The notes beneath the pieces are model-generated. The model did not search any database, was not told the DNA's origin, and saw only the letters and a program-made list of their open reading frames with translations. This document shows, piece after piece, positions 41,326 to 54,188 of a DNA stretch of 64,000 bases. Both the position numbers and the translations under genes were made by a program. The DNA is from Massalongia carnosa (lineage: Eukaryota): the NCBI GenBank assembly GCA_965645245.1, contig OZ287077.1, forward strand, positions 1,116,001 through 1,180,000. Direction: 5' to 3'. How positions within the stretch are numbered: the stretch's first letter is position 1; every line of letters begins with the position of its first letter.

Positions 41326-44120
41326 ATGACAACGGCGGCAACGATTCGGCATTCACGAACGATTGCAATGCCATCGACCACGCCTCACGGTCTCCCTTCG
41401 CGTACCCCAGGATCTGTGGGTCAGACAGGTTCAACCGGCCCTTCCGCCAAGAGTCGGTTGCCTCGCTCGTCACGCGATCTAGGCTCCCCTAGTCCTAATT
41501 ATTTCGAATTCGTAGCCGACCCGGCCAGTAATCCAACAGACTCCAACCCTTGGGGCCATGCGAAGAAAAACTGGAGTCCCGGGTCAGGTGGTTTTCGTGC
41601 GTTTACAGGGACGTCGCCGAGAGCCTATCCGGCAGAGGCACAGCCAAGATTCGAAGCTTTTCGCAGGCAATCACAAAGCGGCACCTTCAATCTTAGCCAT
41701 GGGAGTTTATCGCATTTCAGTTTGGGCTCTGGTACGCTACAGTCCCCAACAGCAGATGATTCAGAAAGCCGGCCAGGGGGGTTCGTATCGCCGCCAAACT
41801 CGCGGAATGTACCCTTTACAAATTCTACAGGCAAAGCGACGCCGAGAAACGATCGCATGGAGATAGATTATAGTGTTCGTTCCCCACCTAATGAAGCTTC
41901 CAAACCCGAGGAACCACCCTCGTTCTTCGACATGCCGCGGAACCAATCTCCGTCACACGCGCCCCCTCTGGATTCATCGCATATGGAAAAGAGTCGATTT
42001 CCACAAATGAAAGAACGCGACAGGCCAAACTCCCTGCCGCATACTACAGCTGATCTTCCTTCGCCAGCAGCTTTGTCCTCCGTTATCCGGCGTGCTGCTA
42101 CTTTGCCTCCCTCTCTTGCGGACGAGAATCCAACCATGGTGTCTCCGCAAGAGCTGGTTGATATTATAAAAAACCACTTATCTCAAGATATTCTTTTGCT
42201 GGATTTAAGAGTGTTCCCCCAGTTTTCTCAGTCGAGGATCGAAGGTGCGATTAACCTCTGTATACCTACCACGCTCCTCAAACGTTCATCATTCAACGTA
42301 CAGAAGCTGGCAGAAACTTTCACCAAGGAGCAGGAAAAGGAAAAGTTCAGCCGATGGAGAGAATCCAAAGCCATAGTCGTCTATGACACTAGTTCCGCTC
42401 AGTTGAAGGACGCAATGTCGTCGGTTAATACTTTGAAAAAATTCACCAAGGAGGGTTGGCAAGGCTCGACATTGGTCATCCGGGGGGGCTTTGCAGGGTT
42501 CGCGAAGAAGTGTCCAGACATGGTTGATAAAAGACCAGCAAATGAGATGGAAGGCTCAAAGTCCAGGAAACTGGCCCTTGATCCGACGATGTCTGTTGCA
42601 GCTCCCTTAGCAGGCGGGTGCCTGATGCCAAGTTCAAAGTCTGCGGCAACCCCCTTCTTTTGTAACATTAGACAGAACATAGATTTGATCGGGGGGGTGG
42701 GCCAAATTGCCGTCAAACTCCCGTCCGGGTTGGAGACGCGGGGGGTGGCCAGTTTACCCCCTTGGCTAAGGCTAACCTCAGATGAAAGAGACAAGGGCAA
42801 GACCGTGGCCGAGCAATTTTTGGGAATCGAGAAGGCCGAACAGCTGAGGATGCAAAAGGCCCTAACAAGCAATTTCTGTTACGGTACTCCGGATCCCACC
42901 GCGGTTGAAAACATCCAGATCGCTGGTATAGAGAAAGGGGCTAAGAACCGCTATAAGGATATGTTGCCATACGATCACTCTAGGGTGCGATTGCAAAATG
43001 TGCCTTTGGGAGGTTGCGACTACGTCAACGCTAGTCACATCAAATCCAAATGGAGCCACAGGCAATACATTGCAACCCAAGCACCCGTGCCTGCTACGTT
43101 TCAGGTAGAATGTTCTTTTTGGACCAATTCGAAAGTCTGCTAAACTAACTTTCACAATAGGATTTCTGGCGTGTTGTATGGGAGCAAGATGCTCGCGTCA
43201 TCGTCGTGTTAACTGCAGAATCCGAAGGCGGCCAACGCAAATGCCATCCTTATTGGCTTCCTAGCGAGTATGGGCCTTTTAAATTAAAACTCCTTTCGGA
43301 GCGTAAACTCTCAATCGAGACTCCCAAACGAGCGTCCACAAATGGCTTCACACCTCCAAATCAAAGACCAGGCGCCCTAAGACCTGGCATAGATCGTCGT
43401 CGATCCACGAACAACGGCAGTCTGCTCGATAGCCACGTTACCTATGATCCGCCCGCGCCCTCAACACCAGACTACGAAACCCCTCACCTCATCGTTCGCA
43501 AACTTGCACTTTCCCACGCTATGCATCCATTTGAACCGATGCGGGAAATCACTCAGTTGCAGTATTCTAGTTGGCCTGATTTCGGCACACCCGCCCATGC
43601 TGCTCATGTACTTGGCTTGGTGGAGCATTGCGGGGCTATCGTTAATAGTTATGATAATGGGAAAGGAAAAGGAAAAGGAAACGGGCGGAGTGGCACAGAA
43701 GCCCCAGCCAAGAAAGATGATAGGCCGATAGTGGTGCATTGTAGCGCCGGCTGCGGGCGAACAGGGACCTTTTGTACTGTTGATAGCGTGGTTGACATGC
43801 TGAAGAGGCAGAGATTTTCGAAAGTCGGCCTTTCAAAAGAATTCGATGATGACGACGACGACGTGGAAGAACCCGTGAAGATGGATCTTGACAACAACGA
43901 CAAGGGAGCAAATCATGAAGGCCTCGAGCAGTTTCCCACCGACGAGGTGGATTTGGTGGCAGAAACGGTGAAGGATTTCCGCCTACAAAGACTCAGCATG
44001 GTTCAAACGCTGAGGCAGTTTGTGCTTTGCTACGAGAGCGTATTGGAATGGCTCGTAAAACAATCCCCCGATAAGGCGCTGGTGGACGCAGCGGCGGCGA
44101 GGAAGAGTTACCATGCATAG
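41326..44120 (+). CDS. Tyrosine phosphatase with rhodanese-like domain (Pyp1/Ptp2/3-type MAPK phosphatase)
   Basis: LLLDLRVF...GAINLCIPTTLLKR rhodanese; KNRYKDMLPY, YVNAS, WPDFG, VHCSAGCGRTG, MVQTLRQF; one intron 43105-43160. Confidence 0.93.
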
Positions 44121-45296
44121 GCTTGCCGCCACTCTGGTTCGAAATAGGACTTGGTTTTTGTAGAGGTGGAAAAGGGCACATGGAGTCATGAGCGCCTCAT
44201 AGCACTGGATGGGAAAAGCCCACGAGTCGGGGAGCAAGAGTGTTTATAGAGGGATCTCTTTTACCAATGCTGTTTGGGGGATGGGAAGCGAAATGCCTTC
44301 AAGGTGTACATATTCATTGCCTTTTAGTGCTTGGCCTGGGAAGCGCGTTTTGGCTGGGGCATGGTGAGCTTCGTTCCAAGGTTGACTTGCGTCAAACAAC
44401 GAGAGCAACAAAAAAGGAAAGTTTAAATTGCTTTTTTTATTTTTTATGTGTGGGCGATGTGGCATATCCAACGCAATCAACTCCCCGTGAAATGCCCCGA
44501 TGAACTCAAATTGGGCTGCTAACTAACATGAGGAGAGCAATGACAGCTAACTACCCGATGCCTAACGTTTGATGTGTCCGCCAAGGTCAGGTATGTACTC
44601 GTACTTGTTGGGATGGCAGGCTGTAGAGTAAGTAGTACGGAGTGTATATATAGGTATCCGAGAAAGAGAAAACCAACCAACCAAACCAAACCATTAGAGT
44701 ACGTTTTCGATTCTACATAGACTTACTACTACCACTACATCTGTGGGGTAGGGGGTGGGGTTGGTAAGTCCCCTGCTTGCTTGATGGATGGATGAGGGGG
44801 GAAGGGGGAGATCTAGAAGTGATAGCAATAATTTAATCGAACAGCTTTAAACAAACACTTTACGTACCGAGTAAGTACGTACGTACATAGCATCCACCCC
44901 AAAACAAAAGTAAAAAAGCCTCCCGATGAGCAAAAGATCTCGATGAATTTGTTTTAATCGCATTCATGCATCATAACACTGTCTTTTCAAGCATGCGGAA
45001 TCAGATAAAATCGCGTCGCGCGAATTCAACGTTTCTGTCATTCTTGTGCATGGACATAGCTAGGTATAGGTATGTATGTATCTCGATAACATCTTCTGAT
45101 CCGTAAACGCCTTGAAAAGAAAAGAAAAAAAAACAAGTGGGCGGTAGTAATACGAGGCAATATCGCTTGATGACTTCCAGGTTCGCTTCTTCATTTTCAA
45201 AAAAAAAGAGGAAAAAGGCGCCTGTACCCAGTAGAGCCTCCAAGAGAGAATATGATAATCCCAGACTATGAGGTGGAGCAAGTCAAAGGGAGAACC

Positions 45297-47221
45297 TTAG
45301 GGACTGGTGGGAAATATATCCCCGTAGACCATCGGCGTCATCGTTACTGTACACGGCACTTGGACCCCGTTGGCCGTGTAAGCTTCGAAGTCCCCGCTTG
45401 ACACGCATGGCGAGACCCTCGGGAGCTTGAGATCGACGCGGACCTCTACAGTTCTGTTCCAATCCTGTTCCGAAATGTTGCACAACAGGGGTGGAAATTT
45501 GGCGGCACTCGATTGTAATTTCCCAGTTCTGCCAGCCTTGTCCCCGAACCAGCGCTGCTTCCAGTTAACCGCAGTGTGGTGAGATCAGCACACCCAAGGA
45601 CCCTGACGTACGAAGTTCTATCATGTAGCTTACAGTAACGAAGCCGCCGCTCGCTTTTTTACGCCCACTATGCGTAGTGATTTCTTACCCGGCCCCTCGT
45701 TAGCTTATCCCTACCAAAAATTTCTTAATCGGGGTATCCCGTATAATGACGGTCATAAATAGTAGTTACTGATTCCACTTGATAAGGCCGCCCACAGCCA
45801 CCGCGTCAATGCTATATTTGGGTGAGCTCTATCAAACAGGAAGAGCATGACAAAGACTCACTTTGATATCCGAGAAAGAGGAGCGATGTGTTTTAGTTTA
45901 GCAGCAGTATAGTGTCTCCCGCCCCCTCCGCCAGCAAGCACAAGCTATTTCTTATTACTTACGGGTGGATCTGGGAAGAGTTTCAGTGCGTCCAAAATAA
46001 GTGTTTCCAATTGGTCTTCGAATACCCCAAATATGGCATGGAGATCAGTGCTACAGCCGCTTCGTTAAACATGCGAGACCTTTGGCAGGAGCAAGTCATG
46101 GTACTAACAAAATCATGTTCCCGTTGCAAATTCCCGCCTCTTCATGAAAAAAAGGCTTGCTACAATTAGGGATTCTTATGCTAATGGGTTTTTCATGATT
46201 CGTCAAGCCAGCGTACCGTGCCTTGGACTCCTGTAATTGGCATCGTTTACTTATATGATTAGCCAGTTTGGAGATATTGGAAATCCCGCTATGTGTAGGC
46301 GACACCTAGCATCAAGCTGAAACTCTCGATCGATGTCATTGGAGCCTCTGGAAAGCCCCTGAACGGGAGCTAGAAGCCAGCAGACCCGATGGCAGGACAA
46401 TTTCGCCACTCGAAGAAAGCAAGGGTCAGATGTCCCTCCGCCCAAATCCAGGATTAGAGAAGTGTCGCCTTCCGTGAAAAGGTGCAGGTTAGATCGGAGA
46501 AATAAGGTTGCAACCGCATCCGATTCGGTAATGTTATAATGGAGACTTTTCAGCCGAGGACCATAGGCTCGGACTTCAGGAGTCTGGCATGCGATATTGA
46601 TAGCGCCTCTGGCGATGTAGCTAAATGTTCTGATAGTGCTCGCGTCCCATGTTGTCGGCGTTGTTAGAATGCAATGTATCTTCAGCTAAATGGGAGTGCT
46701 AGTAGTCCCAAGCCTTTTTTGTAGGTTGTCTCCAATGACGGTCATGGCATGTCCAATCAAAGAGCGGATGTAAACATAAATCCACAATTTCACCTCATCG
46801 ATACCTCGTGGAGATTGTTCGTAGAACCATGCTCGGTCGGGCGAGTGAAATACGGGGTCCAGCAGAACTTTGAAAAGTTCTTTGGTGCTGGAGCCATTAT
46901 CGCTCTTGCACTGAAAGCCCCATGATATACTCCCGGACGGGTTAATCTTGATCTGTGTTGGGGTTTTGAGGGAGTTGAATCCACAGGAGGGCCTTTGGCG
47001 GATGGTATGAATCTCTTCAGGGTCATCAGCTGTTTTCCACGCAACAACTAGACGGTGAAGTTAGTCAATGCCACCCAGCACACCGTTTAAAACTCAGAGG
47101 ATCCCCTCTATCCTTTGATGTTCTTCTTTGTCTTTTCTATGTACTTTACACATCTGCACTCACCAGAACCCGTCATACCAAAATCCACCGCGATACCGAC
47201 CTCGAGAGTTTTGAATGACAT
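45297..47221 (-). pseudogene. HSPA12-like atypical Hsp70 pseudogene
   Basis: Manual translation: IAVDFGMTGS/intron/VAW, KTPTQI, SWGF, ELFKVLLDP, LTTPTTW, ITESDAVA, ILDLGGGTSD, GSNDIDREF, LVLAGGG; in-frame TAG at 46686-46688, a frameshift near 46280 and further stops; 3' limit approximate. Confidence 0.8.
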
Positions 47222-47299
47222 CTCGAACAAAGTGTTCTAAATTCCAAGGCGAAAGATAAAATGGTGAAGGATTAATGCTCGAGGCTTCTTGGTTGATGC

Positions 47300-47640
47300 C
47301 GTACGCGATGCCAATATTCAATGGGCGATGAAATACTCGAGCTTCTGCACGGAAAGAAGAAGATCAGCGGCCTTTTTATTTCTGTTTTTTGTCCGCTGCT
47401 GCCTCACGGACGCGGATCTCAACACAAGCCTAGCTTTGCTATTCGTGCTCTAGTTGTAGAAGCCAATTTACCACTTCTTTGCTACAATTCTCTTTGCCGG
47501 TCTTGGATTCCTGCCAATCGTTTGTGGGGGTCTTCGGGATACAACAAGCATGTGAGACCTTGGACGGTGCACATCTTGTATCCTTTGGCCGGGTGTGCAA
47601 TGTTCATGATTTGATTCACACGCATTAGCCGGACTCTCAC
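47300..47640 (-). pseudogene. Possible Zn(II)2Cys6 transcription-factor relic
   Basis: ACESNHEHCTPG /frameshift/ YKMCTVQGLTCLLYP gives two C-x6-C loops; followed by a coiled-coil-like stretch with TAG stops. Confidence 0.35.
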
Positions 47641-48474
47641 TTTTCAAGCAAGAATCCTCATGTCAGAGGTTCATATGATCCAGAATTGCCGGGCTGGAAG
47701 AAAGACGGGGCCTATGAGTTTCATTGAAAGACAGCCTCTCTCGTTGTGTCGCCTAGAACTCCAAAGAAGAAAAGTGTCATCGATACCGAGCTTGAAATAC
47801 TGGGCTGCAGTCTCGGTTCACTGCAATAGCTATATCGTAGCAAAGCACTGTTTCGGGAGCTGGATCAATGGCTGAAGTTGCCGCGAGGTTCCAATTTAAG
47901 TGTTTCACGCCTTCCAGGTTTCTGAAATGCAATGCGCTTTTATCGTTTATTATCCTTGCGTGTAAAGGAATTGCACATGAGATTGAGACTGATTAATAAT
48001 TTAATACTGACTGCTGCAAGCACTTAGATCTGAATCAACTCAGGTGAATGCACATGCGCGGTGGCAACGAGGACGAGGATTGATTCATTCGGCCTCACAA
48101 GGGTCTTGCTCTTACTTTATCTAAGTTGAAAGCGCTTCACATGTGATGAAGTCTCGGATGGCGGAATGAAGAGCAAGTTGTTTGTTGTTCCTCGTGACAG
48201 CAGCAGCAATACATGCGTTGTTTCGGATCAGGGGTTGCCGTGTCACGTCACGACGGCACCAAGGTTGTTTCTGTCGTTTGAAGGCTTCGGATCCAAACAG
48301 TCAACGTTCGCCCGATTCGTAAAACCTCTTTATGTTGCGGATCTTTGTTCGGACATGATCGGGGCAACTCGAATTTTTGTTGGGACGCCACATTCATCGA
48401 TGCATTCCTGGCAATCCGTGCTTAAAAACAGCATGTGAGTTTCCATATTTTTTTCTTTCAACAAGTTCCTCCTC

Positions 48475-50116
48475 ATGCCCGAAGCTGATCCGTTCTCCAA
48501 AATGTCGCCACCTAAAAAAAACGTAAAGTCCTACGTCAAGTCCAAGAACCGCAACCCTCCACCAATCTTTTTACAAAACCCTCCATGCATTCTTCTATCA
48601 ATTCCCCCACGGATCCGTCCCCGAAATCTCTTACGAATCCCTCTCTGAAATCACCTGCCGATCCTTCCACGAAGCCTCTCATGAATCCTTCCGCAGATCC
48701 CTTTATGGATCCCTGCATGCATCCCTCCAAGGATTCCATCATGAACTCTTCCAACAACCTCACAAGGAATCCTTCCGTAATCCCTCCACGAATCTCGGAA
48801 CGACTCCCTCTAAGGAACCCTCCATGGATCCTTTCACAGAATCCCCCATGCATCTCCACGAGGATCCATTCTTGGATATCTATACGGAAGGTTGGGGCGT
48901 GGACAAAGAGGACTCAAAAACCTTGTCGATGAAAATGGGCATATGCCGCGATACCCGTATGACTTCCAGCAGTTTGACCTTGGAAATGTCGACATTATTG
49001 ATCACATGACCACTACTTACCCTCAGGCCGTGGATATACTCCCAAGGGTCAGGATTTCTTTCGAGCTGTCGCAAATTTTGCCATAGATTTCGACGGTGTT
49101 AGCGATAGCAGAATCATATATGCCAACGAGGTTGATCGAATTCAGCAAGTTTTAGACGAATTTGGACAAATGGACCCCGAGTTCCCCCCGGCCCTAATCG
49201 TGGATTTTCTTAAGAAGAGGTTCAATGTACCAGCCTTTATCCACATCATCAATTGGACAATCTAAGCCAGCCTCGCAGCAAACGGTGACATACGACATAC
49301 CTTGTTGCCCGCTCGAGTCGCTGCCTTGTTCTGCGACATTGATAGTCAAAGCAAGTCTCCCGCGCACTCATCCATATAAAGCCCCTCCTTAACCATCGGG
49401 TAGGCACCAAGAAACACCAGATTTTATCGCGAAAATGGATTCGATTGACCTTCGGGCTATTGAGAGGAGGTTACGCTCAGTTTGCGGCTTCTGACGAATG
49501 GCGTTATGGTATGGATCGTATCAAACGTTTCTTCGCCAACTCCTTGGACCCCAATGTCGAGAAACCGATGCCTACGGCAAGTCCTTTTCTAAAGGGCTAG
49601 ATGAGATATTTAGGGACGCTATACCTATTGGATACCTCCTCCTCGGTCATTCCGACCAATATCGTTGGGACTGGAATTGGCTACAACCGGAGGACTACGA
49701 TGAGAGAGTTAACGGGGCCCATCCCAAAACGCCTTCGTCCGTAGACAGCGATCCAAATCTACCTTTCGTCAAATCGCCAGCACTGCTGCTAGAGAGTTGC
49801 ATAACTGGAGAACTTCATGATGACTCCGTTACCTGCCACGAGGCCAAGTACGAGCAGTTGTTGGACCTCGAAAGCGGCCAAGCAATTGTGGGACCCACAC
49901 CATCTAACTACGCGAAAACCTAGGACGCTGATTCGGTTGGTGAGCAATGAATACTTAGCATTTGACCGCATCCGAGCACACTCATCGTTCGAAGTGCTTG
50001 TGAGCCAAGCTTCTGTCATTTTTGATCTAAAAGTTTGGCTGGTCGGTAATTTCCATAGATGGTGTTTATTGTACTTCGAGAAAATGCTTTCGTGGCGAAA
50101 ATCTTGTAAACATTGA
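48475..50116 (+). pseudogene. Frameshifted gene of unknown family with N-terminal 12-bp (tetrapeptide) repeat
   Basis: Chain of + strand ORF fragments (48585, 48824, 48892, 49498, 49817); about 20 degenerate 12-mers encoding DPST/NPSA/DPFM/HPSK. Confidence 0.5.
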
Positions 50117-51914
50117 AGCTCAAAATTTTTTGGTTTCGGTTAGAAAGAAAGGACTTCCGATCTACGAGTAGACAATGATATGATATAATGGAATGTGATA
50201 ATACTCTAAGTAGGGACTTAATAAATGAAATGAGGGCGCTGTTTAGGCAAGTGAGGCTAGTAACCTAAGTCCAAAAAAAAAATTTCGTGTCAGTAGACTA
50301 TGGCCTTATGGAGGTGAAATCGCGCTACGGTATGAGCAGCGGTTGAAGAACCAAATACCTGAGAAGTAGCAGGCTCAAGTCAGCTACAAACTTGCAGCCA
50401 AAAACAACCTCAACAAAGCTGTTCCAGAATCACCTATTACTGCACATACTAAAAACAATCAAAGTTAGCCTAGAGTACTATGGAGGGTCAGCAAGGCGTT
50501 GGAAAAGTTAGCCACTGTTTAATAAACCTCTTCGTTTACCTGGTCCTTCTAGCTCTCCAATAGAGCCACCCCCCCTTCAGTCGATGAAGGCAAATGGGAT
50601 GCAGCAAATATAGGTTATTCGAGATTCTCAACCGAAAAACTTCTGTAGGGAAGGAAAAAACCTCACGGTTGGTAAGGACACATCACAAGGGGAAGGGTGG
50701 CAGCCCAAACATGGGTACACAGCTGAATTTATCAGATCTTAAACGGGCTGGCTCATGTACGAATTTTAATGGCATCGAGTTCATGGTGCTCAGCCAGCAC
50801 ATTTCATAGACCCTTCTAGAGTTGGCCTCATAAGGCTAATTAATGGGAGATATACTATAACTATTGTCACGATGAAAATGATGAGACCTACCCTAGATTT
50901 CCACTCCACTCCGCTAAACGATGTAGATAAATGATGAAAAAAAAGAAAGCAAAATCGAAACTTTCTGACAGAGTATGTGGATGAGTTCATAAACCGACTC
51001 AAGCTTGACCTGAATCTTTGTACCGAAGGATAACAAGCTGTTGGGAGAGTTCCACTAGATGCTACAAAGGATATGTTAGATAAGACAGGAAATTGTATAA
51101 GCTAAAAGCTAGCGTCGTGATATGACAATCTAGATTAATTGTAGGATACACAATTAACTGAGGTTGAGGTGACCAACATCGAGACCCTCATTCGGCATGG
51201 CCTTATGGTGCAGCCGCTTCATGCATGCTTCGTTGACGGAACGTGACTATGAATGTGGGAAGGTTATCCGTATAGAAGAGTATAGACTAGAAGTTTTGAT
51301 GCGGTGCATTCAACAATCACCTTGTTCTAGACTCCGTGCTGTTGATTGAGGGGTTAGTCGGTCATGAGCCTACGAAGTGGTATCTCGCAATAGTCTCATG
51401 ATCCGAAGTTGGTTTTAAAGGGTTTCAAAAAAAGATGAATCGTGGTCCTCTATGAATGTTTCAAGACTCAAAATACTACGACTTACATCCTAATTAATAT
51501 GCCAGGTACCATGTCGCAGCTGAGCATTCTTACACTATCGATGAACTAATTCGAAGAAGCCCCTTTATTGGGCGCGTAAGGCTCTTGAGGTGGATCTTTA
51601 TTTTCAAAAGATGATCAAAAAGACACAAAATGCCTTCAAGGTCATATTCTTTATTTCGAAAAACAGCTGGGCTGTGGAACAATACTTTGAAATTGAAGTG
51701 TGCCCTGGTATGAAAAAAAAGGCGTGGTGCCGACTTATACGATGATTTCGACAGAAATCAGAATTATATCCGTCGCCTTCTGCGATCGTTATCATCTGGC
51801 TTAACTAGACGAATAGATTTCTGCGGTATTACCTGCAGCAATACCTTGGCCTTGGGCCTCGGTTCGGGTTGCCGTATCCAAAGCGGGATATGGGGTTTTC
51901 TTAGCCTTGATAGC

Positions 51915-53835
51915 TTGCGAGGTGACCGAGTTCGGGCATCACCTGTGACAGGATATCCAGGAGGTTCGGCTTTCACATCATCGTCGGGTTGCCCCCTCCC
52001 GCGGATCATGATTTTCCAGCCGCTCCGCCTCCGAACCTGTTCAGGCTGGAATTCCTGCAAGCTTTTCAGAGTGATGGTATCGCGATACCTCCCAGCTTTG
52101 CTTCTGGCTGCTTTGATATCGGAATGGGTGGCATTATCGTCTGAGCTGGTGGACTCGGCTCTTGAATTCTATAAGCTAAGGATCCTGCCTGATGCTAGCC
52201 TCTTTCTCGGCAGGAATCTTTCTTGAAAGGCCTCTTTCACGAAACTTGGCAAAAGATTGGAAGAAATCGACGTAATCATGTTGTGCCGGTTTGTTTAAGA
52301 AGGCGAGGTTCCCGTAAACGAAAGAGGTATTCACTATATGGCTTTGGCTATATACACGGGTATCTATCTGCGTTATATGCTGGGATCGTTTGGCTTTGGT
52401 GTATCTTTCTCTATAACTCGTTCTTAGCGAGAGCGGACTTAGCGTTCTGTGGATCTTTTCAAGGCAATTTATCATCAACTTTATTACCGAGTTAGCGCCG
52501 TATGGCATGAACAGCAGCATGACCAAAGTCTCCCGAAAGCTTGAATATAGATTTGACATTGCGAGGTCTTCTTCGATAGCGGTTCTTCTGAGACACCCTG
52601 TTGCATAGTGGCATTGCCTGGTAACGGTCGACCTTTGCGGAATCGTTCCATCGAAGAATAAGTTCGTTTTGCCGGGAGGTATTTCTAACTATCATAAATC
52701 TTCGGCCGAATTGACACGGAAGATAGCCTTGTCTATGAGAGCCAAGGCTAGTAGATACTAGGTATCATCATAGCAGCTTGCCATATTGAATAAGAGACGC
52801 GCGATACCTTCAAAGAAAATCATCAGTTAACACATAACAAAGGCGATGCGGATATCGATACACAGTATTTTCTGGATCGCGGTTTTTTTAACCAAACGTT
52901 GATCGATCCGATATATCACTTTCCACCCACCACTAGGGATGCGTACTAAAATCCCTTCAACATCCTGCAAGCGATCAGCGAAGCTCCTTTCAGATCGTTC
53001 CACAGAGATCCACCTGATATCGAAAGCCCCCTTTGTCCTTGTTCTTTTTCTTGAGGAAGAAGACATCGATCCTCGCCCTAGTTCAACAAAAGATGACGAT
53101 TGCGAAGAGGACTTAAGAACTTGATAACGCGGATGGATGAATTGGGTATCGCTAAAGATCCAAAACGTGATGTTGAATTGAATCAATTCGTTTTTGCCGA
53201 AAGGTTGCTTCTGCTTTTTCTTATTCATAACCAGGCTCTCTTTGATCAGGATACTTCTGATCAACTAAACGAAGTTCTTTTAGCTACTGGGACATCACAA
53301 TCTCATTCAAGGTTCACGTACATCGTATACCGCGCGCCTGTCTTCCTCCTCAATAAGACTGCCGGTAACTCGAGGAAATCCAACAAAGAAACATTCGGCA
53401 GAGTATTAAGTGTATGGACGGTGATCCGTACATCGTCGATTCTTCCTCGACTAATGGCCACGTAAAGCGAAGGAAGTCTTTAATCATAGTAAGATCGGGA
53501 GGGGGTAAACCTTCTCATAGGCTTCGTGCTTTCGTATAGCATGCATCTGCCGCGGCATCGTCGTCAGAAAGTAATTCTCCCGTGTCACGGTTCCTCTCCT
53601 CGATGACGTCCACCCATCTACTCGATTGGGTAAGCATAATACCTTTAGTTCTGGATTAGCAACTCACTTCTCATAACATCCTGAAGCCTAGGTTTGACCT
53701 TTGAGGCCTTTGAGGGCCTTCTTCATATGTTTTGTATCGTCCCTGATGCTATTTTCTTCCTGATGAGCCCCCTACTTAAAATCATTGGGCTTTGGTCTTC
53801 AGTAGCTCCTCCGCCGGTACTTCTTTACGGCCCAT
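51915..53835 (-). pseudogene. DUF3435 tyrosine recombinase (Starship 'captain') pseudogene
   Basis: Across frames: PDLTMIKDFLRF, SRGRIDD, FFVGFPRVTG, FIHPR, GWKVIYRIDQR, YLLALALIDKA, ELILRW, GDFGHAAVHAIRR*LGNKVD, ERYTKAKRSQHITQ, FQSFAKFRERGL, IPAEKEASIRQDP, LLDILSQVMPE; many stops and frameshifts. Confidence 0.88.
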
Positions 53836-54151
53836 AATCGTATGCGATAAATGAAAGAGTCTTGAGTGAATGTGGTAAAGCTTGTAGGCTTGCTTGATAG
53901 GCTCGCGGAGCAGGTAAGGTTCACGCGTATACTGGGTTGTACGAAGGAAGGGTGAAAATGCTGGAGCAGACTTGGAGGGAAATCTCTCGCGGGCGGTGAT
54001 TGGCAGACTTTTTGGACGGAGCCAGAATTGGAGGCACACCTACTCTCTTTTACCCCGTCTCGAAGCCATTTTCAGGGTTATCTGAGGCTATACTCTATAC
54101 AGGAGAGCGCTCGATAGAAGGGTGAGTGTGGAAGGATTTATCATTCGGATA

Positions 54152-54188
54152 GGGGTGCTACATCACCTAGGGGGTGCTGGATCACCCC
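54152..54188. repeat. Tandem pair of GGTG-N6-CACC dyads upstream of the captain
   Basis: GGGGTGCTACATCACC 54152-54167 and GGGGTGCTGGATCACC(CC) 54171-54188. Confidence 0.7.
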
